Origin: a bacterium
Lineage (GTDB): Bacteria > Patescibacteriota > Minisyncoccia > UBA6257 > 02-FULL-45-10c
DNA: 64,000 nt
Reading direction: 5' to 3'
Assembly: GCA_030700025.1 (NCBI GenBank)
Contig: JAUYKI010000017.1
Coordinates: forward strand, 2,748-66,747
The stretch's first letter is position 1, and the number at the start of each line of letters is the position of its first letter. Made by a program: the position numbers and the translations under genes. The notes below the pieces were generated by a model. The model was not told the DNA's origin. It was given only the letters and a program-made list of their open reading frames with translations, and ran no database searches. Below are positions 34,827-44,932 of the stretch, one piece after another.

Positions 34827-35597
34827 TTATGAAGTCAAAGATAAATTTTTATTGAATTCTTTTCTTGGTTTGGATTTTTTGATAATCCGCAACGCTTCCG
34901 CCGGAGTGTCCACGATTGTGAAAAGATTCAAGTCCGCTTTATCAATGGCGTCAAACTTTTCATACATTTCCACTTCAAACCATTTGACCAGCGGTTCCCA
35001 GAATTTTTTCCCGTAAAGGATAATCGGAATCTTATCAGTTATTTTTTTAGTTTGGACAAGAGTAAGAATCTCAAAAAATTCGTCCAAGGTTCCGAAACCG
35101 CCCGGAAAATAAACATAGGCCTGGGCAGAGTAGGAGAGCATCACTTTTCTCACAAAGAAATAGTGAAAGGCGATGCTTTTGGAAACATAGGCGTTAATGC
35201 GCTGTTCAAACGGCAGTTTGATATTCAGGCCGATGGACTCACCCTTATTTTCAAAGGCGCCGTGGTTTCCGCCCTCCATGATTCCCGGTCCGCCGCCCGT
35301 TACTACGCCAAAGCCGTTTTTGGCCAATAAGCCTCCCAATTTTCTGGCCTCTTCATACCAGCGGCTTCCTTCTGGAAATCGGGCGGAACCGAAAATAGTG
35401 ACGGTTTTTTTGAAGTCGGCCAAAAATTGCCAGCCGTCCACAAACTCGGACATAATGCGCAACACTCTCCAGTGGAAGGAAGACCGGAAGTCGGTTGGAT
35501 GCCGCCGGACATCTATCGGCAGTTTAGATGCCGGCAGATTCAAGTGCCCCCTTTTGGAATTATTATTTTTCCCGTTTTTATTCTTTTTCTTAAGCAT
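34827..35597 (-). CDS. LOG family protein (TIGR00730 Rossmann-fold; cytokinin riboside 5'-monophosphate phosphoribohydrolase-like).
   Basis: TIFGSAR...GGGPGIMEGGNHGA motifs are seen. The N-terminal 48 residues are K/N-rich, so the real start may be the internal Met at about 35453. Confidence 0.75.
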   Translation of the reverse strand: MLKKKNKNGKNNNSKRGHLNLPASKLPIDVRRHPTDFRSSFHWRVLRIMSEFVDGWQFLADFKKTVTIFGSARFPEGSRWYEEARKLGGLLAKNGFGVVTGGGPGIMEGGNHGAFENKGESIGLNIKLPFEQRINAYVSKSIAFHYFFVRKVMLSYSAQAYVYFPGGFGTLDEFFEILTLVQTKKITDKIPIILYGKKFWEPLVKWFEVEMYEKFDAIDKADLNLFTIVDTPAEALRIIKKSKPRKEFNKNLSLTS

Positions 35598-35784
35598 TTA
35601 TTAAGTATATCAGATATGACAAGAACTACGGAACTAATAACTATTAACCAATGACTAATTGACTTTATCCCAAAATGATATATAATATCCCCAAGCATCA
35701 GATACTTCGGTATTTGATGCGGTTCGTTGAAAAAGAAAACCAATTCAGCCGCTAATCCCGGCTGAGCGGAACAGGGGTCCTAAA

Positions 35785-35819
35785 TCCGCTAAGCGCGGAT
35801 CGGACAAGGAGAGAGAAAG
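35785..35819 (+). promoter_or_regulatory. Conserved leader hairpin plus SD (cctaaatccgctaagcgcggatcggacaaggagagagaaag) before the 35820 gene. A near-identical leader sits at 55322-55363.
   Basis: The stem atccgc/gcggat is immediately 5' of the SD in both copies. Confidence 0.45.
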
Positions 35820-36566
35820 ATGGCTGCTAATGACAGCGTCAGAGTAAGGGTGACGGATTTAGTCACCAAGCTGTTGGAGTACGTTCGGGACGGAAAACGG
35901 GACGCTAATGACGTGGCCCGGGTTCTCCAGGTCGTAAAAGACGACCCGAATTTCATCCACCAGCTGTTTCCGGAAGAAACCGGTAGGCCGCAAGTACCCG
36001 CGCGTAATCGGAGAGCCAGGCATTTGCTGGACCAGTGGTACGACATCTATGTCAGAGAGTTTGGAATGAAATTAGATCTTGAGGAATTTCGAGCTATTAA
36101 AATTCCGCCTCGTAGATCCGAATTTGACCGTCTGATTGTCGTGCTGAAGGGACTGACTCTTGGTCAGATTGTCCAAGTCCTTCAAAAACATATGAAGATT
36201 GATATTCGCGCTGGCCATCTCAATTCCATCACTTCCGTCCGAAACACCAGTCAAACTTATGCCATCTGGGTCCGCGACTACCAGGAAGCCGACAAAGAGT
36301 TCGAGAATATGTCAGCTGAGTACTTAATCGGAAAGCAAATTAAGGGTATTACCTTGGAAGAGTATTTTCTCTTTGAACTTAAGTATTACTTGGAGTTAGG
36401 CCTGCACCTGGATATTAAGAATGTTACTCGTTGCGATGGTTCGCGCAATTCGAATGGCAATGTTCTGATCGCGAGCTGGGATCCGGACGATGGCGAGGTC
36501 ATCGTCTATTGGTACGATCCGTTGGATGCAGGTTCTGGTGTGCGTTCCCGTCAGGTTATTGCTTAA
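35820..36566 (+). CDS. Hypothetical cytoplasmic protein.
   Basis: 248 aa. It is preceded by the conserved leader and followed by a terminator and a family-2 MITE. Confidence 0.5.
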   Translation: MAANDSVRVRVTDLVTKLLEYVRDGKRDANDVARVLQVVKDDPNFIHQLFPEETGRPQVPARNRRARHLLDQWYDIYVREFGMKLDLEEFRAIKIPPRRSEFDRLIVVLKGLTLGQIVQVLQKHMKIDIRAGHLNSITSVRNTSQTYAIWVRDYQEADKEFENMSAEYLIGKQIKGITLEEYFLFELKYYLELGLHLDIKNVTRCDGSRNSNGNVLIASWDPDDGEVIVYWYDPLDAGSGVRSRQVIA

Positions 36567-36626
36567 AAATTTTCGCCTCGGCTTTTTGCCGGGGCTTTTT
36601 ATTTCTACGAAAGCAGTTTTTGAGAA

Positions 36627-36806
36627 AAGAAACTTTATTCTCCGTAGCGCGGGCTGAGCCTGCCTGCCGGTAGGCAGGGGCTGAGCGGGCAGGGTGTCCC
36701 GCGAAGCGGGACGAGCGAAGCCCGAGACCCAGTGAAAACTTCCCTCACTCTTGTACAAAAGTGAGGGACTGGGAGTTTGAACGGTAGCGGGAGAATAAAG
36801 TTTCTT
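36627..36806. mobile_element. Family-2 MITE-like element, copy B (180 nt, inverted relative to copy A), with a 17-bp TIR aagaaactttattctcc / ggagaataaagtttctt.
   Basis: Its reverse complement aligns with 11748-11890. It carries two nested palindromic inserts: ccctcactcttgtacaaaagtgaggg at 36742-36767 and cctgcctgccggtaggcagg. Confidence 0.75.
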
Positions 36807-36808
36807 TT

Positions 36809-37543
36809 CTAGCGTGTTTTAGCAATTACCAACGCGATTATTTTTTTGGCGCCGGCGGATTTTAAAGTTTTAGCGGCTTCGCGGATAGTGGCTCCGGAAG
36901 TGTGAACGTCGTCAACGAGAAGGATATTTTTTCCCACTATCAGTTCTGGGTAATTAACCGCGAAGCAGTTAATCACATTTTGCGCCCGTTCTTCATGATT
37001 CTTGGCAAGCGACTGGGTTTTAGTATTTTTAATTCTTTGAATCGGCTCCGTTAAATCTAATTTATAAAAATCAGCAACAATTTTCGCAATCAATTTTGCC
37101 TGATTAAATCCGCGTTCTTTTTCCCGATCTTCGTGAAGCGGGATTGGAACCACGGTAAAATTTCTAATATCTAAATCCAAATTTCTAAGATACGAGACTA
37201 GAATTTCGCCTAATGGCCTTTGAAGCCGCTGCCATTTTTTAAATTTAAATAATTTCAGCAAAGTCCGGATGGAATCGTTATCGTAATTAGTGGCGGCGGC
37301 CAAAAGATAAGGAGAATCTTTATGGCAGACCTTTTTATTATCCGCCAGGCGCAATCCGCAAACCGGGCAAAAAAGCGAAGTATTGAGGCGGATGCCGGCC
37401 CAGCACTCCGGGCAAAGATCGCCTTCAGCGTTTTTTTGGCAGTTTAAGCAGAGCGGAGGAAAGAGGATGTCCCACAGCCAGGTTTTCATTTTTTGGAGAT
37501 AGCTCATGTCTGTTATACTAATAATAGATTTAGAATAAGGCAA
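36809..37543 (-). CDS. comFC: ComF family protein (double zinc ribbon plus phosphoribosyltransferase domain).
   Basis: N-terminal Cys clusters (CLNCQ...CPECW...CPVCG) and the PRTase motif ILLVDDVHTSGATI are seen. Confidence 0.75.
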   Translation of the reverse strand: MPYSKSIISITDMSYLQKMKTWLWDILFPPLCLNCQKNAEGDLCPECWAGIRLNTSLFCPVCGLRLADNKKVCHKDSPYLLAAATNYDNDSIRTLLKLFKFKKWQRLQRPLGEILVSYLRNLDLDIRNFTVVPIPLHEDREKERGFNQAKLIAKIVADFYKLDLTEPIQRIKNTKTQSLAKNHEERAQNVINCFAVNYPELIVGKNILLVDDVHTSGATIREAAKTLKSAGAKKIIALVIAKTR

Positions 37544-37750
37544 TGGATTCCAATAACTAATTTCTAATATCTAATTTCTAATAAAATGACCGAAATCACA
37601 AACCACAAGCACCAAATCACAAACAAGCACCAATGACCAAAATCATAAATTTAAAACCCGTTTGGAATTTCTATTATTTGAATTTAGAATTTGTTTGTAA
37701 TTTGAGATTTGTAATTTGGAATTTTATCAGAAATTGTAAATTGTAAATTT

Positions 37751-38812
37751 ATGTCTTTTTTTGAAAAACTTCTTCATAACAAAACTTATTTCGGCGTGGA
37801 TATCGGCACGACCTCTATTAAAATTGTGGAATTAAAACAGGGAGGCCAGAAGCCGGGCCTGAAAGATTATTGCGTTTTGGAAAGCTACGCGCATCTGGAA
37901 AAATTTAACGCGGCCATTCAAACCAGCAATTTAAAAATGCTGGACCAGAAAACCGCGGAATATTTGAAAACCGCGATTCAGCAGATAGAGTCTAAAGACA
38001 TTGAAGCCATTGCTTCGGTTCCGACTTTTTCCGCTTTTACTACTTTGATTGAAATGCCGGCTATGTCGGAGGCGGATACGAGCAAGGCCATGGCATTCCA
38101 GGTTAGGCAGTATGTTCCTTTGCCGATTTCGGAAGTAACCACCGACTGGATAAAAATTATGGAAAAAAAGGATTCTGCCGGCAATTTAATCCAGCAAGTT
38201 CTGCTGATTTCCATTCCGAATGAAATTATTAATAAGTATAAAAATGTTTTTCAGTTGGCGGGCGTGAAATTAATCGCTTTAGAAGTGGAAGGATTGAGTT
38301 TGGCGCGGGCGCTGACTCTTGGTTCGCCGGAAGTTTCGCTGATTGTGGATATCGGATCCCGGTCTACCAGTATTCTTATCGCCCAAAACGGCTTTTTGAA
38401 GTTTGTCAGCCAGACGGATTTCGCCGGCAGTTCCTTAACGCAGAATTTGGCTGCCGGAACCAGCCTTTCTCCGCAGGAGGCCGAAGAAATGAAACGGCAG
38501 AGGGGCATTGTCTCGGGGGAGTTATCCACACTGCTGATACCGGTGCTGGATGCTATAATAAATGAGACGAGACTAGTCAAGGAAGATTTTGAAAAGAACT
38601 ATAAAGAGCCGGTCCAAAAGCTTATTTTGACCGGAGGCGGGGCTAATCTGAGCGGCATTGAGAAGTACTTTGGCGAGCAATTGGGCTTGCCGGCCGTTAA
38701 GGGCAATCCGCTGTCACGGGTGGATTATCCGGAAGAATTAAACCCCTTGCTTGGAGAATTGAATAATACTTTGGCGATTGCCGCCGGACTCGCTTTAAGG
38801 GATGTACACTAG
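37751..38812 (+). CDS. pilM: Type IV pilus assembly protein PilM (actin-like ATPase fold).
   Basis: FGVDIGTTSIKIVEL N-terminus. A 353 aa protein with PilM architecture. Confidence 0.8.
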   Translation: MSFFEKLLHNKTYFGVDIGTTSIKIVELKQGGQKPGLKDYCVLESYAHLEKFNAAIQTSNLKMLDQKTAEYLKTAIQQIESKDIEAIASVPTFSAFTTLIEMPAMSEADTSKAMAFQVRQYVPLPISEVTTDWIKIMEKKDSAGNLIQQVLLISIPNEIINKYKNVFQLAGVKLIALEVEGLSLARALTLGSPEVSLIVDIGSRSTSILIAQNGFLKFVSQTDFAGSSLTQNLAAGTSLSPQEAEEMKRQRGIVSGELSTLLIPVLDAIINETRLVKEDFEKNYKEPVQKLILTGGGANLSGIEKYFGEQLGLPAVKGNPLSRVDYPEELNPLLGELNNTLAIAAGLALRDVH

Positions 38813-38830
38813 TTAAAAAAATAAATTGTA

Positions 38831-39373
38831 ATGGCGCTATTAAATCAAAAACCAATGGAGCACTACGTGCCGGAAACACCGGTTGCCGGAACACCGTGGC
38901 GCCTTTTTACTTACGCCGGATTGGCATTTTTGGCGTCTTTGTTGATTTATCTGGGATTAAGCATGGGCTATAGCGCTTACTTAAGTTCCCGGATTACCGC
39001 GGTGGAACAGCAATTAAAACAATTGGGAACTTCCATTTCCAAAGAAGATCAGGATAAGTTTGTCCGATTTTATTCCCAGCTGGTTAACTTTAATAAGCTT
39101 TTAGATAATCATATTTTATCCGCCGATACATTTTCTTTATTGGAAAAAAATACCAATCAAAAAGTCCGTTATACTAATTTTGATTTAAAAATTGACGAGC
39201 GGAAGCTTACTTTAGACGGTTCGGCTCTTTCTTATGAAATTTTGGCGCAACAGCTGGCGTCTTTTGCCGCCGATCCCGGCGTAGAGAACTACATGCTTAA
39301 TCAATCGCAAATGAGCGATGGAAGCGTAAAATTCAAGGCGGTATTAATATTAAAAAAGGAAGTTTTAAAATAA
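38831..39373 (+). CDS. pilN: PilN-like bitopic pilus assembly protein.
   Basis: Single N-terminal TM followed by a coiled coil. Position after pilM supports the call. Confidence 0.55.
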   Translation: MALLNQKPMEHYVPETPVAGTPWRLFTYAGLAFLASLLIYLGLSMGYSAYLSSRITAVEQQLKQLGTSISKEDQDKFVRFYSQLVNFNKLLDNHILSADTFSLLEKNTNQKVRYTNFDLKIDERKLTLDGSALSYEILAQQLASFAADPGVENYMLNQSQMSDGSVKFKAVLILKKEVLK

Positions 39374-39380
39374 GATGAAT

Positions 39381-39505
39381 CCCACACATAACAAAGACTA
39401 TAGGATATTTAAGCTAATAACTATGATAGTAGAATTAAAATGTCACATTAAATTAAAAGGCAAGGATTTGCGGAAAACTTCGCAGTCTTTGTTATGTGTG
39501 GGATG
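39381..39505 (+). promoter_or_regulatory. Inverted repeat (19-bp arms cccacacataacaaagact / agtctttgttatgtgtggg) enclosing the pilO 5' region. The right arm contains the pilO start codon.
   Basis: The arms sit about 85 nt apart. The ATG codons at 39494 and 39503 both lie within or adjacent to the right arm. Confidence 0.5.
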
Positions 39506-40078
39506 AAAGCTTCTACTCAAAGAGCCTTGGGATTGTTGGGAACCGGACTATTGTTTGTCGGAGCGGCGGCGATTTTTGCTTTTTTATCGGTTCCGGCTTA
39601 TCAGGACATCCAGGATTTGAAATCCACGCTGTCGTCTAAATCAACATTATTTCAAAATCAATCCCGCGATTTGACCCAGGTTCAAAACTTGTTATCGCAA
39701 TATCAGGGAGTGGTCCGGCTGGAAGAATCTTTAAATTTGGCTCTGCCTACCAAAGAAGAGTCCGGAAGCATCGTGAATCAGCTGGATGTTATTACTAAGT
39801 CCAACGGCGTTTTAATTAAATCCCTCGGGCTGGATTATGTTCCGGCCGGACGGACCGCCGGGACCGCTTTGGTAAAAAATGTTTCTACTTTGCGGCTGAC
39901 AATAAAATTAGCCGGTTCTTATTCCGCGTTTAAAAAAGCTTTAGCCGCGCTGGAAACCAATATTCGCATCATGGATTTAGTGAGTTTGAAGATGGAGCCG
40001 GTTAGCGCCGCGCCCGGCCAGGAATCCGCGGATTTATTTGATTACACCTTAGTTATTAATACTTATTATCAATTGTAA
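39494..40078 (+). CDS. pilO: PilO-like pilus assembly protein.
   Basis: N-terminal TM with a periplasmic-type domain. Position in the pilMNO set supports the call. Confidence 0.5.
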   Translation: MCGMKASTQRALGLLGTGLLFVGAAAIFAFLSVPAYQDIQDLKSTLSSKSTLFQNQSRDLTQVQNLLSQYQGVVRLEESLNLALPTKEESGSIVNQLDVITKSNGVLIKSLGLDYVPAGRTAGTALVKNVSTLRLTIKLAGSYSAFKKALAALETNIRIMDLVSLKMEPVSAAPGQESADLFDYTLVINTYYQL

Positions 40079-40101
40079 AATTTATTAGAGATTTAAATAA
40101 T

Positions 40102-40392
40102 ATGGCAATTACATTTGAAAAAGAAAAAAAACCGTTTGGCATTGTTCGGCTTGTTATCGTGATAGCGGCGGTGGTGTTTATTGTCGGCGGAGCCTACTTT
40201 TTATTCTTCGCTTCAACTCCGGGCATAGAAGCTTTAGTTCCTTCGGAACAAAGGTTAGCCACCCAGATTTCTAAATTAGAATTGAATACCCAGCCGGCCG
40301 TGGAAGCTTTTACTTCTAACCGCCTTAAAAGATACGCCGGTCCGCCTTCGGTTGGACAAGTTGGCAGATTAAATCCATTTGTCCGATTTTAG
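40102..40392 (+). CDS. Small N-terminally anchored protein, hypothetical (pilus-associated by position).
   Basis: 96 aa with one TM helix. Confidence 0.4.
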   Translation: MAITFEKEKKPFGIVRLVIVIAAVVFIVGGAYFLFFASTPGIEALVPSEQRLATQISKLELNTQPAVEAFTSNRLKRYAGPPSVGQVGRLNPFVRF

Positions 40393-40394
40393 GA

Positions 40395-40522
40395 ATGGAT
40401 CCCGTTAGAGATAGGCCGTCAAAGGCGGCCGTAGCTCGTCCGTTCTAATGGCGCTCAGAGTTTAAAATAAAAACAAAGGTTAATAATATAAATCTAATTT
40501 AGTTATCTCTAACGGGATGGAT
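40395..40522. repeat. 5'-UTR palindromic element atggatcccgttagag ... ctctaacgggatggat. Its right arm supplies the pilB start codon.
   Basis: The 16-bp arms sit about 95 nt apart and are of the same family as 1846-1963. Confidence 0.6.
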
Positions 40523-42250
40523 GCTCAAGTTTTACTTAAAGCTCTTGTTGATAAGGAACTTCTAAAACAGGATCAGGCGGATAAGCTGATTCAGGAATCT
40601 TCGGCTGGGCAAAAATCCGCTGAAGATTTAATTTACGAAAACCGGCTGGTGGACGAAACCGAAGTGGCGAAAACCAAAAGCCAGCTTTTAAAAATACCTT
40701 ATAAGAAAATTTCGGCGGATACTCTGGATAAAGAATTTTTAAAAGTTATTCCGATTGAAACCGCCCAAACTTATAAAATAATTCCTATTTCCCGGACGGA
40801 AAATATGCTGGTGGTGGGAATGGTGAATCCGGACGACCAAAAAGCCCAGGACGCGCTCCGGTTTGTCGCTAAGCAATTGCACTCCAATCTTGGAGTTTAT
40901 TTGATTTCACACGGCGATTTGGACGCAGTCTTAAAAAAATATTCTCCGTTTAAAGATGAAGTAGAAGCGGCAGTGCGGGCTTTGGGGACTAGGCCGGGCA
41001 GGAAAGTCGGCCAGGCAATTCAACTGGAAGAGGGAACCGCGGTTACGGAAGAAGCGCCGGTAATTAAAATTGTCGCTTCAACGCTTAGAGAAGCGGTCAA
41101 CGTCGGAGCTTCGGACATTCACGTTGAGCCAGAGCGGGAAAAATTCCGGATTCGTTTCCGGATTTCCGGAGATTTGCAGACCATCAGCGAAATGCCGATT
41201 GAATTGCACCAGCCGATAGTTTCCCGCATTAAAGTTATGTCCAAGTTAAAATTAGATGAAAACCGCGTTCCGCAAGACGGCCGGTTTCGCAGCCAGGTAT
41301 CGGGCCGGGACATTGATTTCCGGATCGCGACTTTTCCAACTCCAGCCGGAGAAAAAGTGGCAATCCGGGTTCTGGATTCTTCTACCGGCTTACGGACTTT
41401 AAATGAATTGGGATATAGCGATCGGAATGTAAAAATTGCCATGGAGGCGATTGAGCGCCCGTTTGGCACCGTGGTCATTACCGGTCCGACCGGTTCGGGA
41501 AAATCCACCACTCTTTATTCGTTGATGCAGATTTTAAATCAGCCGGACGTTAACATCGTCAGCTTGGAAGATCCGGTGGAGTATTATATTGACGGCGCCA
41601 ACCAGTCGCAGGTTCGGCCGGAAATCGGCTATGATTTCGCCGCCGGTTTGCGGCAAATTTTGCGGCAAGACCCGGACGTGATTATGGTTGGAGAAGTGCG
41701 GGACGTGGAAACTGCCACTTTGACCATCCACGCCGCTTTAACCGGACACATCGTATTAACCACCTTGCACACTAATAATGTAGTGGGCGTAGTGCCCCGC
41801 TTATTGGATTTAAAAGTAGACGCGTTTTTATTGCCGCCGGCGGTAAATTTGATGGTGGCCCAGCGCTTGCTTTCCAAGCTTTGCCCGAAATGCAAAAAGC
41901 CCGAACCTGCTCCGGGAAATATCGCCGAAATGATCAAAAAAGAATTGGAAAAATTGCCGGCAGACGTCAGGGCGGAATTAAAATCTAAAGAACCGTATAA
42001 AATCTATCGGTCGGCCGGATGCGCTTCTTGTAAAAATAAAGGGACAGCCGGGCGGATGGCCATTTCGGAGCTTTTAAAAATGACTCCACAATTGTCGGAA
42101 ATTATCAGCGCCGGCCCGACCGAGAACCGGATTTTAGAAGAGGCTAAGCGCCAAGGAATGGTAACGATGCGGCAAGACGGAATTATTAAAGCCCTGGACG
42201 GATTATTGGGAATGGAGGAGGTATTGCGAGAGACTGCGGAGCTGACCTAA
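40517..42250 (+). CDS. pilB: Type IV pilus assembly ATPase PilB (GspE family) with an N-terminal GspII domain and a C-terminal zinc-binding domain.
   Basis: Walker A GPTGSGKST, Asp and His boxes, and C-terminal CPKC...CASC are seen. Confidence 0.9.
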   Translation: MDAQVLLKALVDKELLKQDQADKLIQESSAGQKSAEDLIYENRLVDETEVAKTKSQLLKIPYKKISADTLDKEFLKVIPIETAQTYKIIPISRTENMLVVGMVNPDDQKAQDALRFVAKQLHSNLGVYLISHGDLDAVLKKYSPFKDEVEAAVRALGTRPGRKVGQAIQLEEGTAVTEEAPVIKIVASTLREAVNVGASDIHVEPEREKFRIRFRISGDLQTISEMPIELHQPIVSRIKVMSKLKLDENRVPQDGRFRSQVSGRDIDFRIATFPTPAGEKVAIRVLDSSTGLRTLNELGYSDRNVKIAMEAIERPFGTVVITGPTGSGKSTTLYSLMQILNQPDVNIVSLEDPVEYYIDGANQSQVRPEIGYDFAAGLRQILRQDPDVIMVGEVRDVETATLTIHAALTGHIVLTTLHTNNVVGVVPRLLDLKVDAFLLPPAVNLMVAQRLLSKLCPKCKKPEPAPGNIAEMIKKELEKLPADVRAELKSKEPYKIYRSAGCASCKNKGTAGRMAISELLKMTPQLSEIISAGPTENRILEEAKRQGMVTMRQDGIIKALDGLLGMEEVLRETAELT

Positions 42251-42284
42251 CCAATAACCGCCGACTAATGATATTATAAAGTGT

Positions 42285-43352
42285 ATGGCTGATTATAAGG
42301 CGAGATTAATAGATTTACTTTCCGAGGCGGTCAAGCAAGACGCTTCGGATTTGCATATTGCGGTAGGTCAAAAGCCGATGCTTCGGAAGGACGGAAGTTT
42401 GGTAGCTTTAGAAAGTGAATCGGTTCTGAACCCTAAGGACGCCGAAGGATTGGTGTTGGCGTTATTAAACCCTGATCAAAAAAACAAATTCTTGGAAGAA
42501 AAGCAGTTAGATTTTGCGTATGACCTGGATGGCAGAGCCAGGTTCCGTATTAACGCCTATTTTCAAAGAGGATTTATGTCGGCGGCGCTCCGTTTAATTT
42601 CGGCGAAAGTTAAAACATTGGAAGAATTGGGCTTGCCGATGGTGTTGAGGGAATTTGCCAAATTATCCCAAGGGCTCTTGCTGGCAGTCGGTCCGGCTGG
42701 ACAAGGAAAGTCCACGACTTTAGCGGTGGTAGTAGATGAAATCAATCGCCAGCGCGCCGACCATATTATTACCATTGAAGACCCGATTGAATATTTGTTT
42801 GAACAAAATAAAAGCATTATTTCCCAGCGGGAAGTTCGTTTGGATACTTTAACGTTTCACGACGCCTTGCGATCGGTTTTGCGGCAGGATCCGGATGCAA
42901 TTATGATCGGTGAAATGCGCGACGCGGAATCTATTGCCAGCGCTTTAACCGCCGCGGAAACCGGCCATTTGGTTCTTTCCACCTTGCATACTAATTCGGC
43001 TTCTCAGACTATTGACCGGATTGTGGATAGTTTTCCGTCCGGCCAGCAGCCGCAAATTATTTCTCAGCTGGCATCCACTTTGATAGGCATTGTTTCCAAA
43101 AGATTAATTCCTAAAATTGGCGGCGGACGGGTTCCGGCTTGCGAAATTATGATAATGAATCCGGCAATCCGGAATTTAATCCGGGAAAAGAAGTTTTTCC
43201 AGATAGATAACGTTATTGAAACCAGCAAAGGCGAGGGCATGATCAGCTTAAACCGTTCTTTATCGGAGCTGGTGAAGGCCAAGCAAATTACTCCGGCGAA
43301 CGCGGAATTATATTCCATTAGCCCGAAAGAATTAAAATTGATGTTAAAATGA
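42285..43352 (+). CDS. pilT: Twitching motility/retraction ATPase PilT.
   Basis: Walker A GPAGQGKSTT and a PilT-size protein (355 aa) are seen. It overlaps pilC by 4 nt. Confidence 0.88.
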   Translation: MADYKARLIDLLSEAVKQDASDLHIAVGQKPMLRKDGSLVALESESVLNPKDAEGLVLALLNPDQKNKFLEEKQLDFAYDLDGRARFRINAYFQRGFMSAALRLISAKVKTLEELGLPMVLREFAKLSQGLLLAVGPAGQGKSTTLAVVVDEINRQRADHIITIEDPIEYLFEQNKSIISQREVRLDTLTFHDALRSVLRQDPDAIMIGEMRDAESIASALTAAETGHLVLSTLHTNSASQTIDRIVDSFPSGQQPQIISQLASTLIGIVSKRLIPKIGGGRVPACEIMIMNPAIRNLIREKKFFQIDNVIETSKGEGMISLNRSLSELVKAKQITPANAELYSISPKELKLMLK

Positions 43353-44557
43353 AATTTAAATACGTTGCTAAAACTAAAACCGGCGAGCTGCAAACAGGAT
43401 TTATTGAATCGCAGGACCGCAATTCCGCCACTAGCGCTTTGGTTAGCCACGAGCTGGCAGTTTTAAGCTTAGAATCCGCGGATGTGCCAAAGTGGTACGA
43501 ACAATTTTTAAATTTATTTAAAAGAGTAAGCAGTACCGACCTGATGGTTTTTACCCGCCAATTCGCCACTTTATTGGATGCTAAAATTTCCTTGGGCGAT
43601 TCTTTAAAAAATCTTCATCGCCAAACCCGCAATGTTGCCTTAAAAGAAGCGGTATTTGATATTTCGGCGGACATTGAAGCCGGCTTGTCTTTATCGCAGG
43701 CCTTGGAGCGGCACTCCGCGATTTTTCCGGACTTCTACGTTAACATGGTGCGTTCGGCGGAAATTACCGGCCGGATGAGCGAAGTTATGATGTTTTTGGC
43801 GGATTATCTGGAAAAGACCCAGGCGACTTCCACTAAAGTCCGGAACGCCATGATTTATCCGGTAGTGGTAATTATTTTGCTGGTTGGCGTGATGCTGGTG
43901 ATGGTAGGTTTTGTTTTTCCTAAGTTAATTCCGGTTTTTGAAGAATCAAACGTGGAATTGCCGTTAATCACTAAAATAATTTTTGCCATTGGAACCTTTA
44001 TCAGCAATTGGTGGTGGCTGGTTTTGCTGGCTTCTATTGCCGGAGCTTATTTTCTGGTTTCTTACTTAAAAACCAAAGAGGGCAGGGTAGTGTTAGACGA
44101 AGTTTTAATGAAATTGCCGGTTTTTGGAACTATGCTTCGGAAGCTGTATATTTCTAGATTTGCCGAACTGACCAGCGTTTTGATAAAAGGCGGAACTCCG
44201 ATAGCCCAAAGTTTGGGAATTGCCGGCAATACCGTGGGCAGTTTTATTTATCGGGACCAGATTTTAGAAATTGCCGAAGCGGTCCGGCAGGGACAGCTGA
44301 TGTCCCAGGCGCTGGAAGAACGGCAGGTGTATTTTCCGGTTTTAGTCAGCCAGATGGTTTCCGTGGGCGAAAGCACCGGCAAGCTGGAAGAGTTATTAAG
44401 CCGGGTATCAAGCTTTTACACAAGAGAAGTGGATGACTTGGTTAATAATTTGGTAGAATTAATTCAGCCCCTTCTGATGGTAGTAATCGGCGTGGCAGTA
44501 GGAATTTTATTTGCTTCAGTATTGCTGCCAATTTTCAGCTTGGTGCAGACTTTCTAA
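43349..44557 (+). CDS. pilC: Type IV pilus inner-membrane platform protein PilC (GspF family).
   Basis: Two GspF repeats and 3 TM helices in a 402 aa protein. Confidence 0.85.
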   Translation: MKFKYVAKTKTGELQTGFIESQDRNSATSALVSHELAVLSLESADVPKWYEQFLNLFKRVSSTDLMVFTRQFATLLDAKISLGDSLKNLHRQTRNVALKEAVFDISADIEAGLSLSQALERHSAIFPDFYVNMVRSAEITGRMSEVMMFLADYLEKTQATSTKVRNAMIYPVVVIILLVGVMLVMVGFVFPKLIPVFEESNVELPLITKIIFAIGTFISNWWWLVLLASIAGAYFLVSYLKTKEGRVVLDEVLMKLPVFGTMLRKLYISRFAELTSVLIKGGTPIAQSLGIAGNTVGSFIYRDQILEIAEAVRQGQLMSQALEERQVYFPVLVSQMVSVGESTGKLEELLSRVSSFYTREVDDLVNNLVELIQPLLMVVIGVAVGILFASVLLPIFSLVQTF

Positions 44558-44559
44558 TG

Positions 44560-44831
44560 AACCTATCCCAATAATAATCCTCAAACGCGTTGCTAGTATA
44601 AATTGAAAATTTCTAGGCCTGCCGAGGAGCTTGTGGCCATAGCCACAGTGAGGAGGCAGAACAACGAAATTTTCAATTTAGACAGCAACCCCAAGAGGGA
44701 TACAGCCAATTTTATCCATAACGTCGTTGCTCGTCGAAGATATAGCTTACGCTATAAATCTTCTCCTCGCGTCTAGTTCTGAATAAAATTGGCTAATATC
44801 GCGTTATGGGATTATTATTGGGATAGGTTCT
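44560..44831. repeat. Family-1 structured repeat element, copy 3 (272 nt), between pilC and the pilin gene.
   Basis: It is almost collinear with 5805-6093, including both terminal inverted repeats and the internal core. Confidence 0.75.
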
Positions 44832-44932
44832 ATGTTACACTTATTAAAGGTCGGAAATAAGATGTAATACCAATATACGAATTATTCGTATCATTAGTAT
44901 GAATTAGTATATTAGTATCTCATTATAAATAT

